The notes under the pieces were generated by a model. It had not been told where the DNA came from. It searched no databases and worked only from the letters and a program-made list of their open reading frames with translations. Shown piece by piece: positions 50,258-63,875 of a DNA stretch of 64,000 nucleotides. Positions within the stretch are counted from its first letter, which is position 1; every line of letters starts with the position of its first letter. Origin of the DNA: Mytilus trossulus (Eukaryota); the NCBI RefSeq assembly GCF_036588685.1, contig NC_086375.1:47306001-47370000 (forward strand), read 5' to 3'. The translations under genes and the position numbers were made by a program.

Positions 50258-53200
50258 TTACAATATTGTACATGACTGCATTTCCATCCTGTCCCCCTGT
50301 GGGATTAAAACGGATGAAATAGCCTTGTTAATAACCTGTTTCACTTTCCTCTCCATGTGTGGAGCACATTCAACATAACAAGCATAATCTGTACGTTTTG
50401 ACAAAGCGTATCCCTCATTTTGAGATACGGGCTTCAAACCTCTGTTTTGAAGTTGTTTTATCACTGCTGGGTTTTCGCGTAAATCAGTTTGGGTTGCCAC
50501 CAACACAAAAGGGATATCACCCATGAAGTTTCGGATTCTCGGTAGCCATTTTTCTTTCACATTTTTAAAAGATTGAGGTTGCACCGCTGAATAGCAAACT
50601 ACGAAAACATCGGCGTCTGAACATATAGTCTGTATTGTGGCTGTAGAAGTTTCCTGTCCAATATAAGATATATATTTAAATTAACAAGGGATTTACATAT
50701 TTAGTTTTTTTTTGTAGACGGGTTATTTCAATCAAATTGTACTTGTTTCCACTTGTCTGCAAATCTTAAAATAATACTTTATGGTTCTTGTTATAGTTTT
50801 GATTATAAGAATTTATTGATGTTTTTATAAAGATCGATTGTTTGTTTTGTAACATCCAGTTGCAGAATGGTCCTGCATAAAAGAATGCTGGACGCAACCA
50901 ATGTATCAATACATTTAAAAGAGGTTCATTTTACGATTTTACAGAGTTTTGAATAAGGATTAGATAAGACTACCAATGAGACAACTATACACCAAAGTTC
51001 AAATAAAGTGGATGTTAAAATTATAGGCAACGGTATGATTTTCAACAATGAAAAAAAAACCAAGTATAACGTATATGTTTTGATAACAGGCGCTGACATG
51101 AAAATTATGAAACATTGCAATTGAGAAAACCAACGGACTAATTTATCACTAAACATTTAAACAAATATGGCTTGGGACAAGCACAAAAAATATAAGGAGG
51201 TGCTAATATAAAAAAAGAAGATGTGGTATGATTGCCAATGAGACAACTATCCACAAAAGACCAAATGACACAAACATTAACAATTATAGGTCACCGTACG
51301 GCCTTCAACAATGAGCAAAGCCCATACCGCATATAGTCAGCTATAAAAGGCCCCGATAAGACAATGTAAAACAATTCAAGCGAGAAAACTAACGGCCTTA
51401 TTTATGTAAAAAAATGAACGAAAAACAAATATGTAACACATAAACAAACGACAACGACTGAATTACAGGATCCTGACTTGGAACAGGCACATACATAAAT
51501 AATGTGGCGGGGTTAAACATGTTAGCGGGATCCCAACCCTAACCTGGGACAGTGGTATAACAGTACAACATAAGAACGAACTATAAAAATCAGTTGAAAA
51601 AGGCTTAACTCATCAGATAGACAAAAAATAAAAGTGGACGTGGCCGGGTAAACATGATTGTGAGCTTTCAACCCTCCAATAACCTGAGACAGTAGTGTAT
51701 TAGCACAGCATCAGATCGATACAAGGAAAATACCAAGCAAAACACAGACAGGAAGTGGCAGGCTATACTGTGAATTCATTTATTTTCGTGGGTATCAATT
51801 TTCGTGGATTGAAAAAAAACTTGCTTTTCGTGGATATTTGATTTCGTGGTTTTGCCAATCTCTGCATACAAAGCCTACAGAAAATTTGCAATTCGTTGAA
51901 TATTTCATCACTTATCCCTTACAACAAAAAGACACCAATTACATATCTGAGGGGGCTCGTTTTTCAAAAGGTTTGGAAGTAAAATACTTTGAGGTTTACT
52001 TACTGTTTGGCAATAAGCATCCGCTTGTTAGGTGCTTGTTAGCGAAAGAGGTGATCTAAACAGAATTTGTTATATTTGAAATAAGGTATAATAGCGGAGT
52101 ATTGAAATTGAAATGCCTTTAAGGTTTTGACAACACATACATTATACGGAATTTCAATAATTGACAGCTTGTTGTTTAACTGATAATATTTAAAACAATT
52201 TCCTGTTGTTAACCTTGTAGATATCGTTTAACGGTTTTTATTTTAATTTGTACTTGTACTTTAACGGTACTTTTTTTTTTATATTTTAGCAGCAAACATT
52301 TGTAAAAACAGGTGTGACATAATTGCATGATTAGCCCGTCCCTTGCAATCGTTAAGAAATTTGTGGAATATTTGAAGATTAAAAGTCCAATAATTTTGAA
52401 ACGAGACAAGTGAAAATCTCAAAAACGAGTACAGATCACCATTGCAATTCTTTTGAATTGAAGTGCATCGCTCAAAGTATAGTGTCAGGTCTTTCTATGT
52501 TGGTATGTTATACTTCTGTGTCAGAAAAGGTAGAAGGTGTGGTACCATTAAAACGTTTCGTCCCGCTGCGCTTTGCACCTGTTCTAAGTCAGGAATGCAA
52601 AACAGGTGAATACTTCTTAAAGAAGTATACGGAACATAAGACCCCATTTTTTTCCATAATTTTGTAAAAGCTTGAAGTATAACAAGAAATGTAGTATCTT
52701 AGACTTTAGATTGTTTCTTCACGTCTTACCATTTAAAAAAAAATCATAATCTAGAATAGAAAGTTGTATTAATTGTTTTATCTACATGTCTGTCAAAGAT
52801 TTTATTTACATGGAGCCATCCAGAACTTAATGAACTGAAGACCATGTGTGTGGTCACAAGAAATGAAATGTAGATGTAAGGGGTTAGCTTTATTGCCTGT
52901 TTACCCTTATGTATATGTTTGTGTGGGTTGGAGATTTTACTAACACATGTAATTTGTTTTGGAAAGTAGTGAATGTAGTTTTGTTTTGTTTTCAAAAGTA
53001 AAGATGGAATGGTGTAAAGACAACATTACTGAGGCTTTCAAATACTTTATGCAGGGTATTGTACGATGTCGGGAGACTGTTGTCGTGGGTTAATAAAATT
53101 GAGAATGGAAATGGGGAATGTGTCAAAGAGACAACAACCCGACCAAATAAAAAAACAACAGCAGAAGGTCACCAACAGGTCTTCAATGTAGCGAGAAATA

Positions 53201-55264
53201 CCCGCACCCGGAGTATAATGTCTGTTTTTAACGTAAATTAGACTGTTTGTTGTCTTCATATTTTTTTTTATTAAACTCAGAAACAGTTTAAAGCATACTT
53301 TACGACATGGGTTTTGCTCATTGTTGAAGGCCGATATATAGTTTTTTATTATCTTGTCTGTTAGTCTCTGGTGAATAGTTATCCCATTGGCAATCATACC
53401 AAATCAGAGTATTTAAAAAAAAAAAAAAAAAAGAACTCAGGTTATTCAATTAGATAAGTCTAAAATTTAAATTTGATCTCAGTGACCAAGTGTAAAAAAA
53501 CTGAGCACCCTCCCCCAAAATTTTAAGTTGAAACAATATATATCGTGACTTTCCGAGTCTGTAACTTTGTGTATATTATTTAAAAATTAGATCTACACTT
53601 GATCTACACTTCTTGAGGACATGAAATATTTTAAGTACGTGTTGACAATAGCTTATAAACAATAAACTTCAAAAGATGAAACCAATAAAAGAGATCGTAC
53701 CTAGTGTCAACATTAATTGATCTATATACAATAAAATGACTTAAATAGGGTTATTTTGAACTATTAATATTAATGTCAAACATAGGAAGTAAAGATAATA
53801 ATTCGGACTAGAACATTGTTTGTTTGTCAATGTTCAGGTAAAATCACAAATTTTGATTGATATATGTAGTTAGGTAAATTAAAATTTCGAGTTTAGTTGG
53901 CTATATTTCTGATGTAACGATGAAGGTATTTCAAGGACGTGCAGATAACCTCATATTTCAGGTGTGGTATGTAAAAGGGCTAATATTGTATAGATAATGT
54001 AAAAATAAACTCATCATAGATAACTAAAAATGAAAGTTCTAACTTGAAAATAAATATCTATGTTTTACCTGTTCTAAAGTATCCAGTAACTGCATCTGTC
54101 TTTGTTTTCCTGACAAAGATATTACACCTGAAAATAATAAAAGATTTATAAGCGTTATACTTACATTTGTATACTAAACATAGTTCCTTGTTATATGAAT
54201 CCAGTTTTCGATTCCTCTGATTGGTTGAGGTCATTAGTAAAATACTAAAGTTTATTTATATAATTTGGAGTTCAAGTGTTACGTCCATTTTCGCTGAACT
54301 AGTAAACTTTTTTTATGCATGGACCATCTAAAGCCTTTTGGAACAAGATTGTTCCGCTGTTTTAAAGACCAATTGGTGGTCTTCATCTGTTTTCTGCTCT
54401 TTGGTTGTGTTGTTGTCCCTTTGAAACGTTCTCAGTTTCCATTTTTCATTCTATTTGAATCTTTCAGATACCTAATTTAGATTTTTACAAAAAAACACGT
54501 CTCGTAAGCAATGAAATTAATTGTCCAAGATTAGTATTACATGGTATGATTGTATCATAGTGCTCCAACCACAACATGTCTTATACTTCCAAAAATAATT
54601 GCTGATTCAGCGTAGTTTTATCGAGATCCAAATCCCAACAATACAGAAAGAACAATTGAACGTGTAAACATGAAAAAATATTTACGACAAATAACTGATT
54701 TCTAGTTGTACATTAAGAGTGCAATCATACATTAAGAGTGCCCGATTCTCACACCTAACCTTATCGCAATGATGTCTTCGATCTAATTTTATGCTCCATC
54801 AAAACTCCGAAAAAAAATTAACTGGTTTGTAGTGTTATAAGTAAATAGACATAAGAACAACTTGTTCCCCACCCCCACGAATAAATAAATTAAAAATCTC
54901 CAAAACACAAGACATCATTGAAACCTACTTTACAGTATATTAGATATATATTCAAAGCATATGTATGTTATGGTATACTTTAAGAGAAATACTATAGATG
55001 TTACTAATTGGTCCGTTTCCGTGAAAACAAACCGCATTTATCGTTTTCTATCCTTTTAATTTAAGTATTCAAATTGAAGAAAAAATCAAACGGACAGAAG
55101 TTTTTTTTCTATAGAAATGTTCACTTACCAGCATAGTTGTCAAAGGCAGACGGGACACAGTTAGTGGGGAATCTTTTTGTAGCATAACTAACAAGCATAC
55201 TAGTTTTCCCCACACAATCATCTCCAACTACTACACATTTAATATAATTAGCAGGTACCACCAT
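50258..55264 (-). CDS. Atypical Rho-family (Cdc42-like) GTPase with degenerate catalytic motifs and a CAAX box, 196 aa; exons 55264-55129, 54127-54069, 50653-50258
   Basis: GT-AG junctions in frame (591 nt): [87 protein letters not shown]...VATQTDLR...YVECAP...CTIL*. Exons 1 and 2 are missing from the ORF track. Confidence 0.88.
51216..51650 (+). repeat. Well-preserved copy of interspersed repeat family A (intron 2 of the second Rho gene)
   Basis: AAGAAGATGTGGTATGATTGCCAATGAGACAAC head. Further fragments at about 8270-8420, 12730-12970, 36180-36400, 40320-40520, 47730-47870, 50970-51190, 53306-53400 and 63370-63640. Confidence 0.8.
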
Positions 55265-55320
55265 TGTATTGAAAATAATTGATTATATCAATCGCAAGTT
55301 TCATATCAAAAATAAATATT

Positions 55321-55365
55321 ACTAAACTTCGCGCCATCCTATTATACGCCCTGAAGTCACGTGAG
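55321..55365 (-). promoter_or_regulatory. Candidate proximal promoter of the second Rho gene (E-box, TATA-like, Inr-like)
   Basis: GTCACGTGAG at 55356-55365, TATAAT at 55346-55341 and TTAGT at 55325-55321, all 60-100 bp upstream of the ATG. Confidence 0.3.
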
Positions 55366-56680
55366 GTCTATATCCCACATGTTTTACTGTTATCTGACGA
55401 CATACCTTGTATACCTTTCGTTTACAAACAAACTTGTTCAGATATAAAATCAAAACAAACGTACAAATCCTATCTATGATAAAATATGTATCAAATATAG
55501 GTGTTTTAAATATGTCAATGGTGTTCATATATATTTTTAAGCTGCTTTTAATAGTTCAAAATAGATGATTTATATTTATTAATTAATTTTTTTAAGACTT
55601 GATCCTAGTTTTAAACATGCTTTTTCATCTCTAACGAGGACACCATGACTTTTGTCACGCAACTGTGTCCTATTTTCGTCACCTCAATGAATCACTAAAT
55701 GCAAACAATGACCAAATCATTTTATTTGTTAGAAAAGTCTCCTTAAATGCTCACGCTTTCAACCAATCAAGTCTTACTCCGAACAGAATTCATTCGATTC
55801 CGTTTATTAACTGCCACATTTGATGACATTATGTATGATTGATTGATGCTTGCAAAGTGTCCAGTGGCAAATAGTCTACGTATTCAGAACGAAAACAAAG
55901 TTACAATACACTCAAAATGTTAGCTCTTCAAAGTGGGTGTACCTCAATTAAGGGCAGTAAATTGAGACTGATACTTGAAAATGGGAGTATGTTTGATGAG
56001 TGTAGAAATGTTGCTTCACACCAGGTCATCTACGGATCCATCCAAGAGCTGTAACGAAGGTTCTTAAACGTGCAATGCTCCATCCGCTGGGCATAACTTC
56101 AGAGTTTTAAACTTCTCAGTTCTTATCGGACGTGGTTGCGTATATATAAATTCCGAACAGTATAACGGGAAACTTTTTGGACGTGCATGTAGCTTTTCGT
56201 CAGACAGAGAGCCAGGGACAAATTGGTATGCAACAGGAAAATTGTAAGTCCTGACTTGAAAGAAATATGTGAACATCGTTATACTACTTTGATATTCATC
56301 AGCTTTATTTTGTGATTAAGAGGATAGTTTCGGATAAATAGGCCCTTTCTGAAGAGAGACGGTATCAACGAAATTTCACAAGTATCATGAAGTATGGATT
56401 ACAAATCACGACTGTCTTGATTGTTTTAAAAAAGTGTTTTTAAAAGAAGCTAACGGTGGTATATGATTTATGTTGACCTGAACTATCATGGCAAAGTTTT
56501 ATTGGTTTATGTTGAGTTGTTTGTCGTTCACGTAATATTAATTTTATTGTAGGGTGTATTTTGCCAATGGTCATGTTAACAACGTGTACTATTTTTTGTG
56601 ATAGGCTTTTGTTACTCTTTTGGTTCAATTATGATCAACCGCTATATAATATTTAGCTTTCTGGTAGTTTATAATATTAA

Positions 56681-57412
56681 AGAGGCATTAGCTACAATTT
56701 CAACAAAAGAATAAAATATATTAAAATTTAAAATAAGAGCAGAAAAAAAAACAACATTTCGCAACAGCAGAGACATATAATACAATGTGTCTCTGGCAAC
56801 AGCCAGTTTCGTCAATTTCGTCTAAATAAGCTAAAACATCACTAATGTAATAATGACTTGTAAAACAATTATAATTCAGTCCATTTCAATCCGTTTTTAT
56901 GCAGCGTCATTTCAATTTGGCCTTCAAAATAATAGGATGCGTATGGTTATCGTGTGGCTCTTCATTAAAAAGAAAAAGTGAAAGTGAAAAAAGGGACCAA
57001 AACAAAGAAATAACCTTTCGGTTGACTGATCCGAACAACACGCAATAATCATTCATATGCATACAAAACGACGATTTACATACATCTTAAACCTCTTAAC
57101 ATGAAACAAAACAGACCTAGAAATATCACACTGCATGTTCTCCCCGACTTTTCATAAGCATGTTTATATTTGGTTTTAAGACCGTTGGCAGTTTTCGGAG
57201 GTCATCTCTTGTAATAAGTTGACGTCCGTTCTTTATAGAAAAAAAAACAAAAAACGTATAATGATGATAATTTTAAGCAAGCCTATGCCTTGTTTATTGT
57301 TTCCTTTTGACCTTTTTGTAATTTGAATATTTGTTTTTGTATGTTATGCTATAAAAACAGGAGAATTTGGGTAAAATCGATGAACCTAACTTTGTTTGCT
57401 ATAAATGCCTAT
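56681..57412. mobile_element. Old Kolobok-like non-autonomous element (degenerate TIRs)
   Basis: TTAA|AGAGGCATTAGCTACAA on the left and an imperfect complement TTGCTATAAATGCCTAT near 57395-57412. Confidence 0.35.
56768..56795. mobile_element. 28-bp TIR-TIR palindrome with 7-bp target-site duplication (putative excision footprint)
   Basis: GCAACAG-[CAGAGACATATAATACAATGTGTCTCTG]-GCAACAG. Confidence 0.7.
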
Positions 57413-57973
57413 TACTTTTTAGTCTGTGGTGCAATTAAAAAATTAGCTTACCAAGCTCTTCTTACCGTATTGTGTTTCATTTAAAAAAAAAAGAAGATCA
57501 AGGCATTACTGAGCAAAAATAAATAAATAAGACATTGCTACCATGGACAGTGTAGGTATTTTGCCTTCGATAGCTTTATATTTATTTTGTTCCGAATATT
57601 CCTATCTTTTTAAACAATAAATATGTTCTCACGTTCAGATATTAGATATAGAAAATCTCTGTCATCTATCAATAATTATCCCACATTACAATAAAAAAGG
57701 GTCATCTTATGCATTTATAACGATCTAGTTTACTCTATGACAGAAGCGTCTCTATTGCTACTTCCGAGATATTTTATGCAAGTATTACTGAAACTTATTT
57801 GACATTCAAAGCTTTAGCCATGATAAAAAAAAATTCAACCTTTTTTTTTATTAAAAATTGGAGACAGATGAATAAATGAATGCAGCTATGAACAATGCAA
57901 CAAAATGGTGAACAAAAGACTAAAAACCTACAATAAATAGAATATCACAGTAACATTAACGTTGTATAAAGAT

Positions 57974-60900
57974 TCATGGATTGTTTCTATGTCCTATAGA
58001 ACTCACTCTCTTTTTACCATTCTCTTCATGTAACATTAATGATTTGTGATCGAAGTCTGATAGTTTAGGCAAACTAAGCGGTTCTTCAGAAAAAATGTTT
58101 TGAAGCCGGCATTTCCAGTCTTTGAGATACTGTTGTCGTGTTGGCTCTTCTACAAGTTTTGTTCCATATGAGATCTGTGGTGGCAGAACATCAAATCCAC
58201 ACATTCTTAACGTGCCATACTGAAATAAAATTAAAACTTTTGATATAGTATGTGACTGATTAATAATGTTCATTATTTATTACAAAATTAATGAATATTA
58301 TGTTTTTCTGTTCGATAAATGTCCAGTGGTAAATATTTAATAAATATTCAGTACGATAATATATCTTACAATAATCTATAGGGACGAAGGATACGAAATT
58401 CGGACTACAATTGGAAAATGAAGGTATATTTTTTAGGAACGCATATTTTGTCTGGCATTAGGCCACTTATGTACGCCTTTGGTACTGTTAAGGTTGTTTA
58501 ATAAACATAGAGCGTAACACTCGCATGCACTATTCGAGGCGTCGGATATAAAAGTTCTATTCCAAAAGTCAAATTGTCGTAACTGCGTTACTGCGTATTT
58601 ATACATGCCACATATCCAAACGTACCCCCCCCCCCTTTAACAAGGGTTTTAATACCGGACGGGAGAAGTCTAGGGATTATGTCTATGCCAATTGCAACCC
58701 TTGGTGTGTATCGAAGATATACACACAGGACGGGTTGAAGTCATAATACTTTGATCAGTATTTGGGGCACACAAATCATGCTCGAAACATAAAATCCAAC
58801 ATTTGGATTGGTTGATTTTCGATACGATTACAAAATATTACAATTAAAAATGAATGAAATTAATGTTTTGAAGAGCTATACGTTCAGCAGGTAATATAAG
58901 AATCATCGTCTTATTCTTCTGAAAATTTAAAATATTTGAGCCAATCAATAATACACATTTGTAATACTGATATTTGTTTTAAAGTATTGAGCGATATCGT
59001 GTGTTCCATTCCATGTTTTTTTTTTTTAAAGTTAAAACATCTTTAACTTTATTGGTATGTTTACAATGTATATACCTTTCTGGCATTCACAACACGCAGA
59101 TCAATAATTAAACAAATTAACACAAGACGGTATACGCTGCACTTGTAAAGCAATCTTTGCCTACACTTATGAAGCAACTAAGAAGATACTCGGGTTTTGA
59201 AGGGGTTTGTGTTGCTCAGTGTTTTTGTTTTCTACGTTGTGTTTTGTATACAGTAACTGTTGTTTGTCTTTTAACTGTTTCTCATTATTTGCTATGGCAT
59301 GGTCGGTTTATTTTCGAATAATACAATAGAATGTCTCTTTTGCATTTCGCTTATCTTTTATATCTTTCTGAGTCGGTTACGGGATGGAGTTTCTTTTTGG
59401 TCAGACTGACACACTATAAAGTAACTATATGCTGATATATGTATTGTTATACACCAGGATGTTTCATAATTTATAAAGAAAATTTACAAGGAAAGCGGAA
59501 CATACGGAAATTCAAAGTGCTTTGCCATTTATTGGATATGCTAATGGCTTTTTTTCGTTTGATCTTCAAAAAATTTATATTTTACTAAGTTAAAGGCATA
59601 CACCCACTCGTTTTGTAAATTATTTAAAGGCCAATATTTCATATAATATCTAGTAAACCAGGATTCAATATACCTTTATTTTAACCCAGAAATTTTCCAA
59701 ATAAGTTTTACAAACACAGGGTAACTAGTTTTCAGGTGCGCTTAAGAGCAGAACATATAGACGATAGTTTTTATTCGTATGTTCATCTTATAGTAAAGCA
59801 TTGTTTCCTTAAAAACTACAGGTCAGCATGCATTCTTCGACTGATGTACTATATGTTTCACTGAATGATTAGAGTTTACAAATGTATTCACAGTTGGTGG
59901 GAAAAGGGAATGAACTCTTTTCTATTTCTTACTTGAATTGGCCATAATAAAACATTAATATCGCTACTGAGACCTGTTGGAGATAGCATATCTCTTGTAC
60001 AACCAGTTGTCAACGACAGCACTGTTCGTTTACCCTAAAAAAAAAGAACACAAAAAGTGAACAACATTGTAGATAAATAGATACACACTTAATTATGTTG
60101 ATTTTAGCATTAAATTTAGATTAGATAGTAATGATGAAATCATGTAAGTCCGAGATATTTTAAATATCAATTAAATTTTGAATAAATAATCGGTATATTT
60201 GCTTATTATATTGAATATATGCTTTATTCTAAATACAGCTGACACTATCACATGGAAACAAGTTAATGCTACAATAAACTTGTCTGATCTTCCCAAACGT
60301 TGAATAATATCTGGACATTTGTTTCTAAATGCGTGACCAAAGAGAGGTAATTAACTTCTAACTCGAACTGCATGGCATTATAGAACATCGTCACTTAAAA
60401 ATTAAAAAAAGATGACTTATGATCCCCGATTACAAAGAGCAGAAGCGCTTATAGTCATTTTAATGTTGTATGCTCCCAAGCTCTATAATTTGTTGATTCA
60501 AAACTTGTCTCTGATTTACACACGCCTCATACTATTCCCTTAGTAAAATATGCATTTGGTAAGCCTTGGTCGATTAAAACAGCTTGACGACGCATTACTA
60601 TCATAAAAGTACCTTCATAAATCCCTGATCCAAAACATTTTGAGATTCAAAGTCAAAAGCAAAGCTATCACACAAAACTCGATCAAACCATCCTTTCAGA
60701 ATGGCTGGAACGGATGACCAGTATAATGGGAACTGAAATATCACAAGATCTGCACGTTTTAATTTGTCCGATTCATTTGCTATATCCAGCGACTGGCAGT
60801 TATGTCTATAAGCAAGTCTTCCTTCTTCGCTGTAGTTAAACAAATCAGGATCTTGCAGAGGACCTGCAAGTCATATAACAAAATAAAGTTACTGTTTTGT

Positions 60901-62003
60901 CTTACTGCAAGCATAGTCTGCACATCCGTTTCTTAGTATTGTCAAATTAAGATCAGAATGCATTCATACTTGATTACGACAACTATACAAAATTACTCAG
61001 TCTTTAGGTTTTATGTTGTGTTTTGTGTTGTGTTTTTTCTCTTTTCGTCGGTTATGGTTTTTCACCCATGGTATAACCATTTTATTATGAGTTTGAATAT
61101 CCCTTTGATAAGTTTTACCGCTTTCTTACATCTAATGTGCTTTGAAAGCAAAAACAAAAAACAAAAAAACACCCCAAAACAACGATCAAATCTATGCTTT
61201 ATTTCTCCTTTCAGTCGTGGGTAATATAATTATTTTGTTAATTTTCTTACGCTCACGTGTCTATAACAAATATTTCAATGCAAAATTTCGTATGTGTATT
61301 ACTTTTAATTAAAAAAAGGGAAAAGTTGGAAGAATCGTAAATCGTTAATGACTCATATATAATTTAAAGTAAAATTAATGTTGAAAATTTTCTGAAATCA
61401 AGGATTCTTGTATGAGCAGTGCATATCTATATATGCAGTTCAATCACGAAGTTGAAGTTCAAGATCTAGAGAATAAAAAAAGTGCGAAATAAATCTTCAG
61501 CAACGCACTCACAATCTGATTTCTTCTGTTTATTTTGAAGTTGCTGTACCAACAGCAATTATCCAATGTTTATGTTTATATGTGTAGCTATATTGTGAGA
61601 CTGGTAATTTCTGGTTTTATTGTTGACGTGACAGTTTGTTGATGAAAAGTGTTTTCCAATAAGTGTTGAATTATAAAATGTAGATACGAAAATTCCAATC
61701 GATTTCGTATTTGTTCAGTTATAACTGTATTATACAGTCAGGTTATATGATGTTTTGTTTATTTTAATATTCCATTTAAAAAGTTAATCTTACATAATTT
61801 TTTTATACGTACATGTACTTACCCCTTATATCATTTTTTGTTGCGCGTGGTTCAAACTGTTGTGAATACAAATCCGAGACTTCAACGGAATGTCCCAAAC
61901 TCCGTAATGTGTCTATGGCAGCATCCTTAAGAGCCCCGTTGAAGGATTTTCCGTCTTGATGCGCAAAAACAAGGAGCACATGTTTTTGACTTGGATCACA
62001 CAT
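57974..62003 (-). CDS. NQO1: NAD(P)H:quinone oxidoreductase (flavodoxin-2 fold, NQO1-like), 259 aa; exons 62003-61823, 60863-60613, 60034-59933, 58219-57974
   Basis: GT-AG junctions in frame (780 nt). Motifs VLLVFAHQDGKSFN, VSDLY, ADLVIFQFPLYWSSVPAILKGWFDRVL, LSLTTG, LWPIQYGTLRMCGFDVLPPQ, plus an NQO1-type C-terminal extension. The symbol denotes family resemblance, not proven orthology. Confidence 0.9.
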
Positions 62004-63639
62004 AACGTGTACACACGTGTTACACAGGAGCTTATTGTACTTTACAGTTTGAACACTTCAGTAGTCACATTTTTAACATGTCATAAGTCAACGATTTAAA
62101 AATTTAAACTGCAGTTTAATTTAATTCAATGGAGCGTATTGTTATTTCATGGGCTGATGAAATCGATTGCGTCAGCTATTCAACACGGATACATATAGTA
62201 CAAAATGTTCATTAACGGTTTCAGTTGAAAACTTGTAAAAATCTATAGCCTGATTTAAATAACCATTGTTTATTAGTATTTAAATGTGTTCAATGTTACC
62301 ATTAGTTATTATTCACTGCAAAAAATAATAAAAAAATAATCTTTTTATATCAATGTTGGATCAAAGAACTATTGAACTACAATTATGTTTCTATTATTGT
62401 GAAATTATTATGAAACTAAGGTTACAACTTCAACAGTCAAAGTTAACCATAGATTGGTTTAGATTTGTGTTTGTCATATAGCTCTTCGCGTGTTTCGGTA
62501 CTTGTACATCCTTGTCGTTAAATTTGTCGTTTTGAGTGTCCCAGATAAAGGTAACTCTAGAATTTTGGACGCAAAACATATCGCAAGCAATGTTTGACAA
62601 ACATTTACATAGTGACAAAAAGAACAATTGTGATGATGTCTCATAATTTTCATAATTGAAAACAAAACATCTTCGAGGCAAAAGTGTTTTTGTTTCATAA
62701 TCAGCTATCAATTATCAGACAAGGAGTCAAATGAAATGGCGTATTTATTATGTTCGATAATATAGTCTGTAATATTTGGCACTGAACATCAACATTTTAT
62801 CATGTTTTCCAGAGTTATATTCTAAACAACCAAAGAGGAATAACTCTAATTTTATTTATTTGTTTACACGTTAAATTGTGTAAAGAATTACGAATTACTC
62901 ATCCACTTATGAGTATGGTTTACTTTAATTTTTTTTTTTAATTTAAATATAGAATATCAATTGTGGCCGCTCCTAATCAAATTTGCGACTATTTTGATTG
63001 TAGAATGATTTACAAAAATAGCATTCAGTTATAAAAAGAACACTGCGCTGAAAAGTTGTGCATGCAATTTTTTTCAATGTTGAACTAATTTCTATATACC
63101 ATCAGTTGATATGCTGATTTGAAGATTATTTTCAAGCCTGTATCAATTAAAATCATTCATACCAATATATGTGCGCACGAAACGCGTTCATGAAATACGC
63201 ACCATTCGGTACGCTAGAGACCAAATCTGTTTTGGGGACCCAATTCACAAAGCACTATAGATAATCAAAACCACAAATGGTCTTAATTCAATTGAGTAGT
63301 TGTTGTTTGTTACTGTTTATCATGTTTGTATTTCGATTTTGTTTTCGTTTTGCATACTGTGTTATTTTATTTTGCAGTTGTTCCACTGCTTCATGTTAGG
63401 GGAAAGATTTTGCGCCACACGTTGAATCCCGCCACATTCTATACCGTATGCATGTGTCTGTCCCAAGTCAGGATCCTGTAATTTAGTGGTTGATTTTGGT
63501 TCATGTATATCATATTTAATTTTAAAAAATAGTTATAAATAAGGCCTTTAGTTTTTTTTTCAAATTACATGTCAAAGCTTTTTACAGGCGGTTTTACGGT
63601 ATGGGTTTTTCTCATTGTTGAAGTTCGTACGTTTGAATT

Positions 63640-63875
63640 ATAGTCTTTACGTACCCTAACTATTTCGTGACCCCATTGTGTACCCTGACAAAAACCATTT
63701 CGTACCATGACCATCTCGTACCTTGACCATTTCGTACCTCATGTAATACTAACATGTATACACTTTTGTACCTCATGGAAGATTTATATGTATGCCATTT
63801 CGTACCTTATGGAAGGTTTGTATGCTTACCATTTCGTACCGCAATGAAGGTTTGTATGTATACTATTTCGTACTT
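63640..63875. repeat. Cluster of CCATTTCGTACC subrepeats (probable MITE subterminal repeats)
   Basis: The motif recurs at least 6 times at irregular 18-40 bp spacing. Confidence 0.55.

Noticed and set aside
51590-51620. CTGATGAG in repeat family A (also near 36308) as a possible hammerhead
   Set aside because: No stem II followed by GAAA and no NUH/stem I arrangement could be built.
62004-62300. Antioxidant response element upstream of the NQO gene
   Set aside because: Only partial TGAC/AP-1-like sites were seen; no full TGACnnnGC match.
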